A stretch of DNA of 61,914 bases, counting the filler, from Circinaria calcarea (Eukaryota), in assembly GCA_051942165.1 (NCBI GenBank). It is 20 parts of 20 records of this genome, joined end to end, with 100 filler letters (N's around TTAATTAATTAA, not from the genome) between each part and the next. Parts side by side here need not be neighbours in the genome. Positions count along the whole stretch, not along the records: positions 21,763 to 24,767 come from JAVECS010003106.1; positions 24,868 to 27,869 come from JAVECS010003107.1; positions 27,970 to 30,966 come from JAVECS010003108.1; positions 31,067 to 34,063 come from JAVECS010003109.1; positions 34,164 to 37,160 come from JAVECS010003110.1; positions 37,261 to 40,256 come from JAVECS010003111.1; 14 more parts are not named here. The stretch is one strand, 5' to 3'. Under the pieces are notes generated by a model, which saw nothing but the letters and a program-made list of their open reading frames with translations, was not told the origin of the DNA and ran no database searches. The translations under genes and the position numbers were made by a program. Positions 24,725-37,346 of the stretch are shown here, piece by piece (the stretch's first letter is position 1; each line of letters begins with the position of its first letter).

Positions 24725-26774
24725 GACTATTGACAGCCTTGATAGGGAGGCAGGTGAAGGGTTAGGGNNNNNNNNNNNNNNNNNNNNNNNNNNNNNNNNN
24801 NNNNNNNNNNNTTAATTAATTAANNNNNNNNNNNNNNNNNNNNNNNNNNNNNNNNNNNNNNNNNNNNGATATTGGTTATCGTCTGCATTTTGAATCATCT
24901 CATGGACGAAGTGAACATCTGCGGAATTCAATTGCTCCGCGAGACTATGGTCTTAATAAGTAAAGACGAATTTGTAGATTAGCCAGATTCACTTACAGTG
25001 CCACTGCACTCTCCAACGTGCGTTTCAGAGGTAGCATTTCTTTCGCAGAGTTGTCATTGGATACTCCATAATCCTCTCGTATAGATCTGATAACTGCGTC
25101 TCCTCTGCTGCGAGACATGATAGGCTTTAGGCTCTCCATGGTTCAGACCCAATTTCAAGGCGAGGGTCCAGACGAGTGACTACCGCGAGGTAGGAAATAT
25201 TCCCAACTCGAGGGACCCTATCATTAATCAACACTAGATAGGGTTCGCAAGGCGATACAACGCGAGGTGGACTATAGTCCCCTGCTTTTTTATTAGAATT
25301 GTACCAAGGTTGTTGGATGTACCTGAGATCCTTACCGAGGAGTACTGGAACTGAGCTACCCTATGTGGAGATCACCATTGTGTTGGTAATCTAGACTTGT
25401 TCGATGGTATAGGTAAGCAGCCTGAATTTCCAACATACTCCCACCAACTCATCAACGCCATGTATCAAGGCCGTAGAATGTGGTTTAGTGATTTACCTAG
25501 AGATAACGGATTAGTATGAGTAATGCTGGTAGACTCGTGTATTCCGAAAACCAATGCTGTCTGGTCCAGGAATCAAGGTACGTGGCTAGGAGTGGCTCGC
25601 GAAGACTGCTGATTCAGGCTCCGACAGTAAAAGATCAGTGTAAGGTGAGTGTAAGGTTAGCGTAAGGCGTGCTTGAGACACGGGCAATTTGAGAATTCTC
25701 AAGGAGTGCGGCTCAGCTAACTACAGCACTGGCACAGATGGCGGCTGCGTGTGTACAAGGACAGAGTAGAGAGGGTGATTTGATTTTCAAGAATCCAATG
25801 ACTCGAGAACATCCATATTCACTTGGCCTATTCACGCCGTGAAGCTCTCCGCGTGTCATCCAGACTGAACTCGGGATTCATCAGACACTGACGGCAGCAG
25901 TCATAAGTAACATACTCGTATTGCAGGTCGACATTAAGGGCAACGTTCATCTCATGAGTTGACCAGCTTCGAAATGAGAGGGAAAATCACTTGTGGGGCT
26001 ACTGCCGAGGTATGTTTCCGTTTCATTTTCAGAGGGACAATGTGTAGGTTGGTAAAGAGCCTCCTAGTGGTGCATAAGAGCAAGCCAACGAGTATGCGGT
26101 AGTAGTTTCATACCATACTCGAACTCCAATACTAACTGCAGCCCTGGACTTGGCATGGGTGCATTTATTATCACGTACCTGCCATTGCAGGGAGAGGAAT
26201 ACACCAAAGGAATAAAACTGACACTACGATGTGAGATCAGGGCGACAGACACGATTAAGCATGCACATGAAGACAAATGCCATTTAGAGAACGCACTTCA
26301 TTCTTCTCCTCCCACGCAGACTATGAGAGTGCTCCTTACAGTAATGTGAATTATCTTCGTCAACATGCTGTTACCACGGTTCTGCGTTGACCAGATCAAC
26401 CCGAATAAGCCCCATTGTACTGTACACGTAAGCCTCTGAAGCCAACTCTTATCTGATACTCCATGAAATCCGACACTTAGGGATCGGGTCATCGTAGTGT
26501 GAGGAGCTTCAAAGTGGTAAGATCAGCTCAATGCGCTCAAAGATCCGACTTCTAGAAAGCCATAGTGTGAAATTCAGGTAGGCTGTAAAGGTGTAAAAGC
26601 TGACAGCTCTGTTGAGTAACTCCATAAATATCCAGGACCACATAACTATATCAATCTCGGAAACGGAACTCTTGCTATGTCTGAGCGGTAGAAGAGAAAT
26701 CTGTGCCTCATGGGTTTTGTTGTTACCGCAAGCGGATCATTAGTCGGGTCCCAGAAAGAAGACGGCACATATTA

Positions 26775-27869
26775 TTAAGTTTGGTCATCATCATATGCAC
26801 CTATCTCGCGATCTTCAAACTGCATAAAGCCATCTGATTCACCGGTCACCGTTTGCCATGTTGTCCGGACACGCTCCAAGATACGGTCATCGAAGACTAA
26901 GTCAGTGCTCGGGTCGGAAAGGAGAAGAACCTTGCTTGGGACGGAAGCTTCGGATTCCATCGGATTTGGTATATTGTCTTCTACACTAGACTTTTGCTGC
27001 GAGTACCGCAGGCTCCACAAAACACTAGGCCGTGGTTCCTCACCGATAGCACCAAGCAGTCCTTGTATCGCGGACTCAAGTATAGATTGCCCTGATGCAA
27101 GAGGGAGATATACACTCGAGTAAATAACACCTATTCTCGCATTCCGCTTAGCCATGCTCGATAACCATGAGAAAAACAATTTGTTATTGGAGTATGTATG
27201 CTTCAGACTGTCAGAGGTATGTTATCTTCAATAAAGTTGCAGACAATGTAGATAAGTATTCATATGTGTTGGGTCATCACAAAAGTAGCTTAAGATGAGG
27301 AAAATTGTCTACTTACATTGACCCATGGGACATTCTCCGGTATCACTTGAATGAATGATCATATGGACTGGAGGTACCTCTGTTATAGGGTCCGCCGAGA
27401 CATCACTAATTGTACCCGGTGGAAACACCACAACAGTCCCGGAGGGTGACGGTGTCCCACCAGCAATATTTGGGAATAACTTTACCAGCGGCGACGACAC
27501 AATCGAGATCATACGCGTGATAAAGGAATCGCCGAGATCAGGCGAAGATGGTGTATAGGAGGATAGGTCGTGGTGGCGACCAGCAAGCCAGTTCGTCTTT
27601 ATTGCTTCACCGCCCTGCAACTGTAAGGTTGGCATATATGGTTCATGGCCTCCATTCTCATCGTCACCGGGAAGGCCGTCGCTTGGTTTGAATTTGATTT
27701 CTTCCACGCCTTTATTGAGCACATACACTCCGCCCCCAACAGCTCCAGCACGACAGGCGACCTGCGCGATTTCCGCGATTCCGCCCCATTTCGGTATGAC
27801 AGCGCCAAATCCTGGACCCAAGACACCAATCGACGTAAGGTGACGATTTATACGTGCTAACGCATATGA
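26775..27869 (-). CDS. MRS6: Rab escort protein (Rab geranylgeranyltransferase component A), 3' part
   Basis: GPGFGAVIPKWGGIAEIAQVACRAGAVGGGVYVL; IHSSDTGECPMGQ; intron; VIYSSV...VLWSLRYSQ...FMQFEDRE acidic end. Confidence 0.85.
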
Positions 27870-27969
27870 NNNNNNNNNNNNNNNNNNNNNNNNNNNNNNN
27901 NNNNNNNNNNNNNTTAATTAATTAANNNNNNNNNNNNNNNNNNNNNNNNNNNNNNNNNNNNNNNNNNNN

Positions 27970-29912
27970 ATACTACCGCTCAGGCGAATGCTATGCTCTC
28001 TACATTACGTACGGATGGTACATTGGGTGATAAGTACCCCATGCTTCATGGCAAACCTCAAAAACCATTTGATGAGGTTATGGAGCTCCCATCAATACCC
28101 AAGATACCGCAGCAACATTTACCCGCAGCACGACAGACGAGTAGGCGCTCTCCTCCGCCTTCTTTCCCCTTCTCTCCGGACCAGGTAGGAAGGTTTTCTG
28201 CGCAGCAGCCGAGCAGGCCGTTTGCTGATTGGCCCTCCCCGGGTTCAAAAACCGGGCAGCATCCTTCTGCAATTTACCCACAAGCAAAACAATACCCCAT
28301 GGTACCTCATCATTTTCAACAATCAGCATATCTTTCAGCACAGTCTGCTCGTCAAGTACCAGCACCTTATCAACGTACTGGTGATCCATACTTTACCCAG
28401 ACACCTCGATTTCCCAGCGATCACTATCCATCGATTCCCCCAGCCAGCAAGCTGCCACCCCCAAAGCTCACTTCGCATACCTCCACTTTGTTAAACATCT
28501 TCAAATCTGGCACCTCACCCTTCTCGGACCCCAAATCAGCTGGAAGGACCACAGTTCAAAGCGACATCATCAATATAGCAGACCGGAACCACGTTTCGGC
28601 ACCTTCATCGGCTAAACCCTACTCAGCAGGTAGCATTCCATTAGGCGAAAATCGGAGTGAAGGACCCCCGAAGCCACTGAACACCGAATCCAATGGCGCA
28701 CCAGTCGTACGAACGCAGCAACAAGATGCGCTTCTTAACCTCTTTCGCACTTCGCCCATGTCTAATTCCGACACTGCTCACAAGACACCAACAACCCTTG
28801 AACCGCCATCAGCGCCAATAGAACTCTCTGCATTCCCAAGTCCCAGCCATTCCAGAGTCACCTCAGAAGTCAACCAGGCTGAGGTGATGAATATATCAAA
28901 GCCGGTATTGAATGGGAGAGTGGCGATCAAGAAAAGACACGAGATTACCACGCCTACATCGGCAAAGGCACCTGTATCAGCTACCGTTACTGGCCCGCTG
29001 AATGTGCCACAGTTCGACAGGATTGCAAAGAAAGCAACCGGTGCTACATCTGGAATCGGCGCTGCGCGTGAGCCAGGCCATTCGACCAAGCCGCAGCACA
29101 TCACTCCTTTCAGAATTCTATCTCGCACAGGAGCACCACTTAAACCACTTCAGGCAACGGAAATAACCAAACAACCTTTTCCGAAGACGCAACCCATGGG
29201 TCCCACCCCGGTCCAACCCCCTACGAGCACTAAATCACAGAAGAAAGAGTCACCAAAGATCTTCCAACCGCAGATCCTTCGACGACCCGCCCAAGAGCAC
29301 CCTCCATTACAGGCTTCCCCACACCCATTATCGCACCTGCAGCAACCTACACTACAGAAGCCATCACAACCTCCTCCTTCGCTAACCCAGTCCCTCTCAA
29401 GAGCTCCCGCCTCACTCCCTGTGCAGACGCATCTCGAGCCTCTATCCCCCAACCCCTCTCAACCTTCTCCTTCCGTAGACCTTTTCCTCCAAACCCTATC
29501 TCCACCGCCGCCGTCCTCCCCAACTCCGCTCATCACAAAGGATAACATCATGCTCGACCGCCGCAGCGGCCAAACGCTCGAGCAGAAGAATACACTGCTG
29601 AGTCTATTCAGCAAGCCGAAAACGAACCCTCATACCCCCGTTGTCAGTCCCCTGACCGAACGCTTCCCTCCCACCGAAACGGGAGCGTTGATTTCTTCTT
29701 CTTTTTCTTCTCTTCCTCCTCCCGGCGGAAGACCGAAATCGAGATCGAGGATCGGAAGCGGGGGGTCGGTGCTTGGGGATTTTGGTAGTGGCAGTGGTGG
29801 CGGTGGCGGTGGAGGAGGGAAACCGAGCGCGGGAAAACAGGCGACGCCGGTGGATAAGACGGTGCTGCTGTCGTATTTGGATGGGGTGTTGTTGAAGGAG
29901 GGGAGGAAGTGA
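27970..29912 (+). CDS. DCP2: Pro/Ser/Gln-rich C-terminal region with helical leucine motifs, probably mRNA-decapping enzyme Dcp2 (Nudix domain off-contig)
   Basis: A >640-aa disordered ORF with repeated LLNIFK, ALLNLFR, TLLSLFSK and terminal LLSYLDGV, as in the HLM-bearing tail of fungal Dcp2. Confidence 0.65.
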
Positions 29913-30189
29913 AATTTGAAAGTTGAAAAGGGGATGGGAAGTGAAAGAGAAAGGGGGTATCTAGGTAACCGGGGCCCGCTTTTCCCTAAGATGCAGAAAT
30001 GCAGAGATGCAGGAATGCAGAATAGTAAAGGCTACGTACGAGCTACTGTGTAGTATCTATCAATGAAAAAGTGAGAATGAAAAAAGTGAAAAATGGTTTC
30101 ATGACGGGATTTCTTTCTTTGGCGTGGGTGCTTTTATGAGGAGATTTTGAACTCTGAATTTTCGAATTTTTGCGGTCAGTTACTCTACT

Positions 30190-30223
30190 TGCCTACCTAC
30201 CTACCTACCTATCTACCTACTTA
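30190..30223. repeat. (CCTA)n microsatellite
   Basis: gcctacctacctacctacctatctacctacttac. Confidence 0.85.
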
Positions 30224-30311
30224 CAGGGACAGTGGTATATACTCTATACCATCATCCTCCCGCCCTTCCCCTCTCTCCAAGAACCAAAAAAAAAGAATGA
30301 AAAAGAAATTC

Positions 30312-30966
30312 TTACACCCTCTTCTTCAATCCCACCATCGCTTCCCTCTCCCGATGCCAATCCGGCACAAACGCCTTAACCCGCACTTCGCCTCTCTTGC
30401 CTTGTCCCCCGCCCTCTGTGGCCTTCTCTCCTCCCTCCCCGCCTGCTTCCGCCTCCCATTTCACGCAAAACTCCCCCTGCGCTTGTCCGCCGACCATGAG
30501 CTCCAGTCTACAGAGCGCCAGTCCCACGTTGCCCACCCCGCCGAGCCATTTCCCCGCACTGCGGCCTTTAGCGCCGAGCCGGGAGATATTGTGCTGCGTA
30601 CCTGTCGGAGACTGAGGCGGAGGCAAGGGCGGGAGGAGCAGATCCTTGGCGCGGTCAGGGTCGTAGGTTAGTTTCTCCGGTAGATGCTCCTCGCCCTCGT
30701 ACAGTATCACCGGTAGTATCCTCTTCCTCACCACGCCCGTGTGGTGCGTCCGGATCGTGAGTTCCTGGCCGACGTAGCAGCCTTTTCGGAAATCGATGCC
30801 CAGCATGTAATCCATGCAGCTTTCCAGCGGCAGCGCGGACTCGCGGGTGATTTCCCCTTGGCCCTCGGGGATCCCGTGCAGGATACGCCGGATCCGGTAC
30901 TGATCCTGCGTGGTCTCGTCGGTGGGGGAGAAGAGAGAAGGGAGGGTGGAAATGGGGGTGTGAGGG
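30312..30966 (-). CDS. IBA57: Mitochondrial Fe-S assembly factor Iba57/Caf17 (YgfZ family), 3' part
   Basis: Signature [30 protein letters not shown]. Confidence 0.95.
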
Positions 30967-31393
30967 NNNNNNNNNNNNNNNNNNNNNNNNNNNNNNNNNN
31001 NNNNNNNNNNTTAATTAATTAANNNNNNNNNNNNNNNNNNNNNNNNNNNNNNNNNNNNNNNNNNNNAACGTGGACACAGGATGGAGACTTGGTCACAGTC
31101 AGCGATGATTGGCAGGCTAGATGTTGGCGAGATGGAGACGGAACGGATGCAAGGGACCTAAGGACAGGGGGAGAGGGCGAAGGGAGACGATGGTCGTGCG
31201 GTTGGGCCGAGGTTCAAGACGGTGATGGCGAAAATTGGCAGAATAAATGGGATGAGGACGACTGAGATGCAGTCTTCTCTCCGCCGTGGCTTGGCTGAAA
31301 TCCATCTTTGCATTTTTGCATGCGTTCGAGCGATGTTGTTGCATAGCATAGATACCCCCAAAGTAGCAACTCGCTTTTCTACGATAACGGTCT

Positions 31394-32330
31394 TCATGCC
31401 GTAGGCCCGTCCACTCCCTTTCGATTCTTCTCTTGCTCTCTTAACATCCCCAGATCCTCATCGACGATCGCAATCTCCGCATCAACTCGCAACAGCCTCT
31501 CCCTCAACATGTTCTCGTACTCCTCATCGCTAAGCACCTTCATCGGACTCCACTTCATTTCCGCGATCCGATGCCACATGGTCTTCTGCTGCTGCTCCGG
31601 ACTAGCTAGGGAGAGGGTGTGTCGTGCATCAAAGCGGTTATACGCCGACTGCCCCAACAAACCAAGGATAGAAAAGAGGATAGTTCCCGGGATGAGGGAG
31701 GACCGTCCGCGTATGAGGTAACCGATCGTGCCGCCTGTAAACCCACCGGAGAGGGTGCTAGCGAAGAGACGATCGTTGGAGGTTAGAGATTGATGCGGTT
31801 GAAGGCGGGTGTTGAGGATGAAGGCACGGGATGCTGTCGATGTTAGATTAGACGGCGGGTTTATGGGGAAAGGGGGTTTAGATACCCCAGAATGTGCTGC
31901 CTAGAGCGAACCATTGGAGGCTGGATGCGAGGGCGAAGATGCCGGGGTTTGGGGAGCGGAGGATACCGGTTACGCCGCCGATGAGGAAGCCGGATGTGCC
32001 TGGGTGAGGGGGGAAAAATTAGTACGTAATCTAGGGGGGGAGGAAGATCAGCGAGTAGTGGAGAGATGTAAGGACGAGGATTGCTTAGTTGCTTGATTCG
32101 TGTTCGAAAACTAGATCTATGCATAAAGGGAGAATAGAACAGAATCACGAACAAAAGAGCAGGATCAGAAGGTAGAAGAGTGTCTAGTCTTTGCTTATGA
32201 GATAGAAATTGTAGAACAAGAAGAATAAGACCAGACCAAAGAACAGTGAAGTCTTACCAGTAAGAGCCCCAATATTCAGAGCTGATCTGAAGATTTCTGA
32301 AGGAGGTAGTTGACTACTCTGGGAAGTCTC
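31394..32330 (-). CDS. Small fungal membrane protein, multi-exon, possibly Tim17/Tim22-like; start not resolved
   Basis: Exons give GTSGFLIGGVTGILRS...LQWFALGSTFW, ASTLSGGFTGGTIG..RGRSSLIPGTILFSILG and WSPMKVLSDEEYENMLRERLLRVDAEIA; Gly-rich hydrophobic segments. Confidence 0.6.
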
Positions 32331-32795
32331 TTCTTCTTTCCCCCGCTCCATTTGCTGCCAAATAGATACTCAAACCCAGCAAATGCTGAGCTCAATTCTA
32401 ACGGGGCCGGTATATGTTGAGTCTGATATATTGCCTGGCATCTAAGAATTTAATTAATTCTTTAAATCCCCATGGTTTGTTTCCCCTCTTCCTAGTACAA
32501 ATACACCAATCTAAGGTAGTCCGTATGAAATGCTCGATAGGGGAAGCATGTACTATGACGGAATCGGCCCGTTCTAAGCTCCGATATCCTCTAGCGGTAA
32601 AAATAAATCTCCACAACTTTCTTACCGGACAGAACGACATCTTCGGATCCACTTCGAAGATCCAGTAACACTCTGAACCAGAAGCATTACTCACGGCAAG
32701 AGACAAACTATTGTTGAGGACCACTCAAGTCTCCAGTTGTGAAAGGGAACAGCGCGTAATTCAGGCGAAAACGCGCATACGAGACAGTCGCAATC

Positions 32796-34063
32796 ATGGG
32801 TACGTTTGTACAAGACCTCGTCATGATATTGTATACGAATATCCTCTGCAATACCATACAGACGAATGATCAAGGGCTAACTGATCGTTGTGTAGCTCCA
32901 CCAAAGAAGGACAAGAAGACGCAGAAGATGGGTCTGGGGGAATTCCTCACAGATACCTGTAGGTCAATGGCGGTTAAATACGCATGACAATAGCGAACAG
33001 GAGCTCACATGTTACAGCGTTGGGATCATGGGCCGACGAGATGGAAGACGTTCCTATGCCATGTCAGTCCTGTGTTGTCTGGGTATAGATTTACGCTGAC
33101 CTTTTCTTTTAGCTGGTATGATACCAACCCCGTTCACATGCTTGTCACGGCAAGCGTAGTGGTATAACAGAGATGGTGTATCTGACGCAAACAGGTGGTC
33201 GCTCCGGCTATGGTGGTGATCGATCTTACACATCAGGCGGTGGAACGGGTAGTTCAAGCTATGCCGGTAAGAATATGTCCAGCGTGCAGAATCGCACATG
33301 CTCATGGTTTGCAGACCGAGGATATTCAGTTCGTGAAGAGTTACCGCTACCTTCCAAGCCTCCATATACTGTTCATCTTGGGAACATGTCCTTCGATGCC
33401 ACTGAAGGGGATATCAATGATTTCTTTGCTGGATGCTCAGTCACTAGTGTGCGCATTGTGGAAGACAAAATGGACAGAAAACCCAAAGGGTTTGGGTATG
33501 CCGAGTTTGCTAGCCTTGATGGGCTCAAGAAAGCGCTAGAATTCAATGGCACTCAATTTCAGGGTCGAAACATCCGAGTCAGTGTAGCTGAGCCACGTCA
33601 GTCATTCACAGGGCCTCCCTTCGAACATCAGTACTGACTAATTGCAGAGAAGGAGCGCCCTGATAATCGGGACTTTGGTGATTGGTCACGAAAAGGCCCT
33701 CTGCCAGATCTTCCTGGCCAACGCCGAGTATCTGACCGGTCCGCTTTTGGTGGCGACCGTGGCGCCGGCGGTGGGTTTTCCCGGAATTTTGATAACGCAT
33801 CGGAAGCTGGAAGTGATCGAGGTAGCCGTCGGCCCGCATACGAGCAAGCTGAGACCAAAGTTCGCGATTTCGGGAACTGGGAGCGTAAAGGTCCTTTAAC
33901 TCCTACTTTGCCGCCTCCATCTACAGCCCGCCCTGTTAGTCATGATGGACCGAGGGAACGAAAAAACTCACCGGCTTGGGGAGAAGGCCGATCGCAGGAA
34001 GGTTCTAGACCTCCACGACGAGACTTTGTGGAACGACCGGTGGTGGAACGAGCGCCGACGGCT
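32796..34063 (+). CDS. TIF3: Translation initiation factor eIF4B, 5' part, multi-exon
   Basis: ATGG/gtacgt micro-exon; KMGLGEFLTD; GSWADEMED; RRM PSKPPYTVHLGNMSF...KPKGFGYAEF...GRNIRVSVAEP; DWSRKGPL repeats. Confidence 0.92.
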
Positions 34064-34240
34064 NNNNNNNNNNNNNNNNNNNNNNNNNNNNNNNNNNNNN
34101 NNNNNNNTTAATTAATTAANNNNNNNNNNNNNNNNNNNNNNNNNNNNNNNNNNNNNNNNNNNNCTCAAAAAGTATTGACTCCGTTTTGCCTTATCCGATC
34201 TCTCCTCTATTTAAATCGATGCTAATTCTTCTCTTTGACA

Positions 34241-35036
34241 GATTTAATCTCGTCCTCAAGGATCTCGTCAACGGCGTTCCAACGGCATACGACGACCTCG
34301 AATCCCTTCTTACAAATTCCGAACACCAAATCCAACGCTCCTACTCCTCCCTTCCCTCCTTCCTCCAAAAGCTTATCCAGCAACTCCCCTCCAAAATGAC
34401 CGGATCCCTCGGTCCTGAAATGCTCGCCGCCGCAGCAGAAAAGCAAGGCATAAAATCAGAATACATCAACCAAGCAGCCGGTGCTGCCTCAAAGATGGGA
34501 ATGAGGATCAAAGTCCCGAGTTTGAAAGACCTCGTGACGAAACCAGGCGCCATAGCTGGCATGCTCCGGGCGATTATGAACTTCCTAAAACTGCGCTTCC
34601 CCGCTTTCTTGGGCATGAACGTCCTCTGGTCTCTCGCGCTTTTCCGTAAGCCATCCCCCAACGTTTCCCACCCCTTCCTCCAATTCATTACTAACATCTT
34701 TATTAAGTCCTCCTCTTCGTCTTCTGGTACTGCCATAAACGCGGCCGCGAAACTCGTCTCGAAAAAGAACGCCTCCTCACCGAAGCCGAGATGGCCCAGC
34801 TGGAAGCGGATATCGCTGCCGATCCGGAGTTGCAGCCGCCCACGACCACCGCACCGGAAGGCGCGAATATCGAGCAGGTACGGGAGGGTATGCATCATGA
34901 GGAGCCGTTGGTTGTGGATGGGCATCCTAGGGAAGGTGAGGCGCAGTACGCGGAGGGTGGATCTTTGGCCAAGGAGTTGGCCAAGGAGAAGGAGGAGAAG
35001 GAGAAGGAGAGAGAGAAGGCGCCGCAGAGTACTTGA
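34241..35036 (+). CDS. Fungal hypothetical membrane protein, 3' part
   Basis: FNLVLKDLVNGVPTAYDDLESLL...FLKLRFPAFLGMNVLWSLALF, intron ~34646-34707, LLFVFWYCHKRGRETRLEKER, acidic tail to TGA 35036. Confidence 0.75.
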
Positions 35037-36142
35037 AGCAATTCGAGAAAAGGTGGTTTCGATGATGGTATTCGCGGATGTGTGTATGTTGGGGGCCATT
35101 GCAACTGGGAGATTTAACTTGTACATTTGGCGAGGCTCTATTTGTATCCATACACCCCTTTCAACTCTCCTAAGCAACAAGTCACAACATTCACGAACCA
35201 CGAGAGCGGTCTCTGATACAACAACCGAGCGTTTCCTTCTTCCCCGCCCTCCCACAAACCGTTGTTTGTCCATGTATTGATTTGATTCCCTGTCCCCCCA
35301 TTAGATTTTTTTCTAAATAAAAAAGGGAAAACAAAAGTTTCAAAATGATGGCTAATCGCCCGAATCCGCAATACCTACCATACAGTATCTTGTATCCACC
35401 CCCTTACGGGGATTCAACCATTTTTGTTGCTCCGGCCGAACCGAAAACCGTGCCCGTTTTCTTTGGATATCAAAGGTTGGGGGGGGGTTTTAGTTAGTCA
35501 AAGCTACATAGGCTGCTGGCAGCCACGAACCAAAAAAGAAGGGCTGGAGTTGTTGCGCACGCCGCATGTTGCAAGTTTCTTGGCCTCAAAAAAAAGCAAA
35601 AGCAAAAGCAAAAACGTGCTTATGGAGTATGGCACAAGAACAGACAGATTAGATGCGGCGAGGGAAAATCCCTTTCAAATTAATAAATACCATATGCCCC
35701 CAATGTGTTATTAAAAGCCAAGGGATCGAATTAAAATACAAGGGGTTTAGTGGTATATTTTACTTGAGTTTTTCTCCACCCTAGCGGGTTTTTTACAGTA
35801 ATACTTTTTTTTTTTTTTTTTTTTTTACCGAGTCCTTTCGAGCGCAAGTACCCCGCCGTTTGGAGAAATAGAATTCAAGGATCTTTCGTGAAAAGATAAA
35901 TGCGGCGCTTAAGCAAGGATTATTAGCTGTATTATAAGTGTATTTCTGCCACTAAGTGTATTTATTACATGATACCCTATCGGTAATAAAAGCGGCATTG
36001 TACATGGACCAACCACCCCCATCATGGATGCCAACGAAGGAGCACGAAGGATTTTATCTAGCCCCCAGCTGCTGTCTCTCTACCCTGTAAAGGCATACGG
36101 AAAGAACAACCAAGGCCGGTAAGGCTGAATTTGGCGCACGGA

Positions 36143-36367
36143 CGCTTTGGTTTTGTCATCTGTACAAATTATGCTTGAATTGTGCAATTACACAAATTCG
36201 TAAGCAAATGCAGGATTATATAATTTCTTTTTCCTATCCGGTATATTAGTTAGTTGCGTTTGTGCTTTGTTGGTCATCTGTACAAATTATGCTGACTTAT
36301 GCAGTTAGTAAGCAATGCAGGATTGTATAATTTCTTCTTCTATCCGGTATATAATCATTTGCGTTGC
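36143..36367. repeat. Diverged ~115-bp tandem duplication upstream of the SDR gene
   Basis: Two copies of gtcatctgtacaaattatgct...gtaagca(a)atgcaggatt.tataatttctt...tatccggtatat...ttgcgtt. Confidence 0.8.
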
Positions 36368-36477
36368 GGTTTCTATCTTTCTTCCTCTCCCTATTTTAGT
36401 TCCTAACTCGCAGATAGATTTTTTTGAAAGAGCTTGATTGTTAATATCATCGGCCTTTCCCCCCCCCGTGGTTAACC

Positions 36478-37160
36478 ATGTCGTTTAACCCGGCAAAGGA
36501 CATTCCTGATCTTTCCAACAAGACCTTCCTGATCACCGGAGGCAAGTTGGCCCCCCCCTTTCATGACTGCAGGCAATTTTGTTTTCCTATCACCGTTGGC
36601 TGACGCTTTCTGAAACTTTACAGGAACCAATGGCCTTGGCAAGGAATCTATCCTCGCTTTTGCGAAGCACTCCCCAGAACATATCTATTTCACTGGCCGC
36701 AACGCCAGCGCTGCCGATGGCATCATTAACACTGTCAAATCCGCGGCCCCATCGGTAAAACTCACCTTCATCGAGTGCAATCAGTTGTCTCTCACCTCCG
36801 TCGAGAAAGCTGCGAAGGCCTTCCTCTCCCAGTCTTCCCGACTCGACGTCCTCATCTGCAATGCCGGTGTCATGGCCACCGAAGCCGCTCTGTCCGAGGA
36901 CGGTTACGAGAACCAGTTCGGCGTCAATCATGTCGCTCATGCTCTCCTCGTCGAACTCCTCCTCCCTACCCTTCAGGAAACTGCGGAAAAGACAGGCGAT
37001 GCTCGCATCCTCCACCTGACCTCGACTGGCTTCATGTATCCGTTCCCAGGCGGTATTGTGTTCGACGGGCTCAAGACCACCCAAGATTTCGGTCCCGGCT
37101 CCCAATGGGCTCGTTACGGCCAGAGCAAGCTGGCCAATGTGCTCTACGCAGCCGAGCTCG
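36478..37160 (+). CDS. Short-chain dehydrogenase/reductase (retinol dehydrogenase/WWOX-like), 5' part
   Basis: MSFNPAKDIPDLSNKTFLITG/GTNGLG (GC-AG intron 36542-36623), RLDVLICNAGVM, QFGVNHVAH, catalytic YGQSK. Confidence 0.93.
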
Positions 37161-37346
37161 NNNNNNNNNNNNNNNNNNNNNNNNNNNNNNNNNNNNNNNN
37201 NNNNTTAATTAATTAANNNNNNNNNNNNNNNNNNNNNNNNNNNNNNNNNNNNNNNNNNNNAAGTAGAGATTGCAGCTCTCTAGGAATGCATACTCTAACT
37301 AGCTCAAACACAAAGTATGGACAAAGAAAGGAAGGCATGATCATCA

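Noticed and set aside
24350..24767. Telomere-like AAACCC/AAACCT run and terminal GGGTTAGGG
   Set aside because: The run is short and degenerate and there is only one TTAGGG at the contig end; insufficient for a telomere call.
34341..35273. 310-aa minus-strand ORF and similar long antisense ORFs (4873-5313, 20324-20833, 23276-23734, 60251-60724)
   Set aside because: They are shadows of recognisable genes on the opposite strand.
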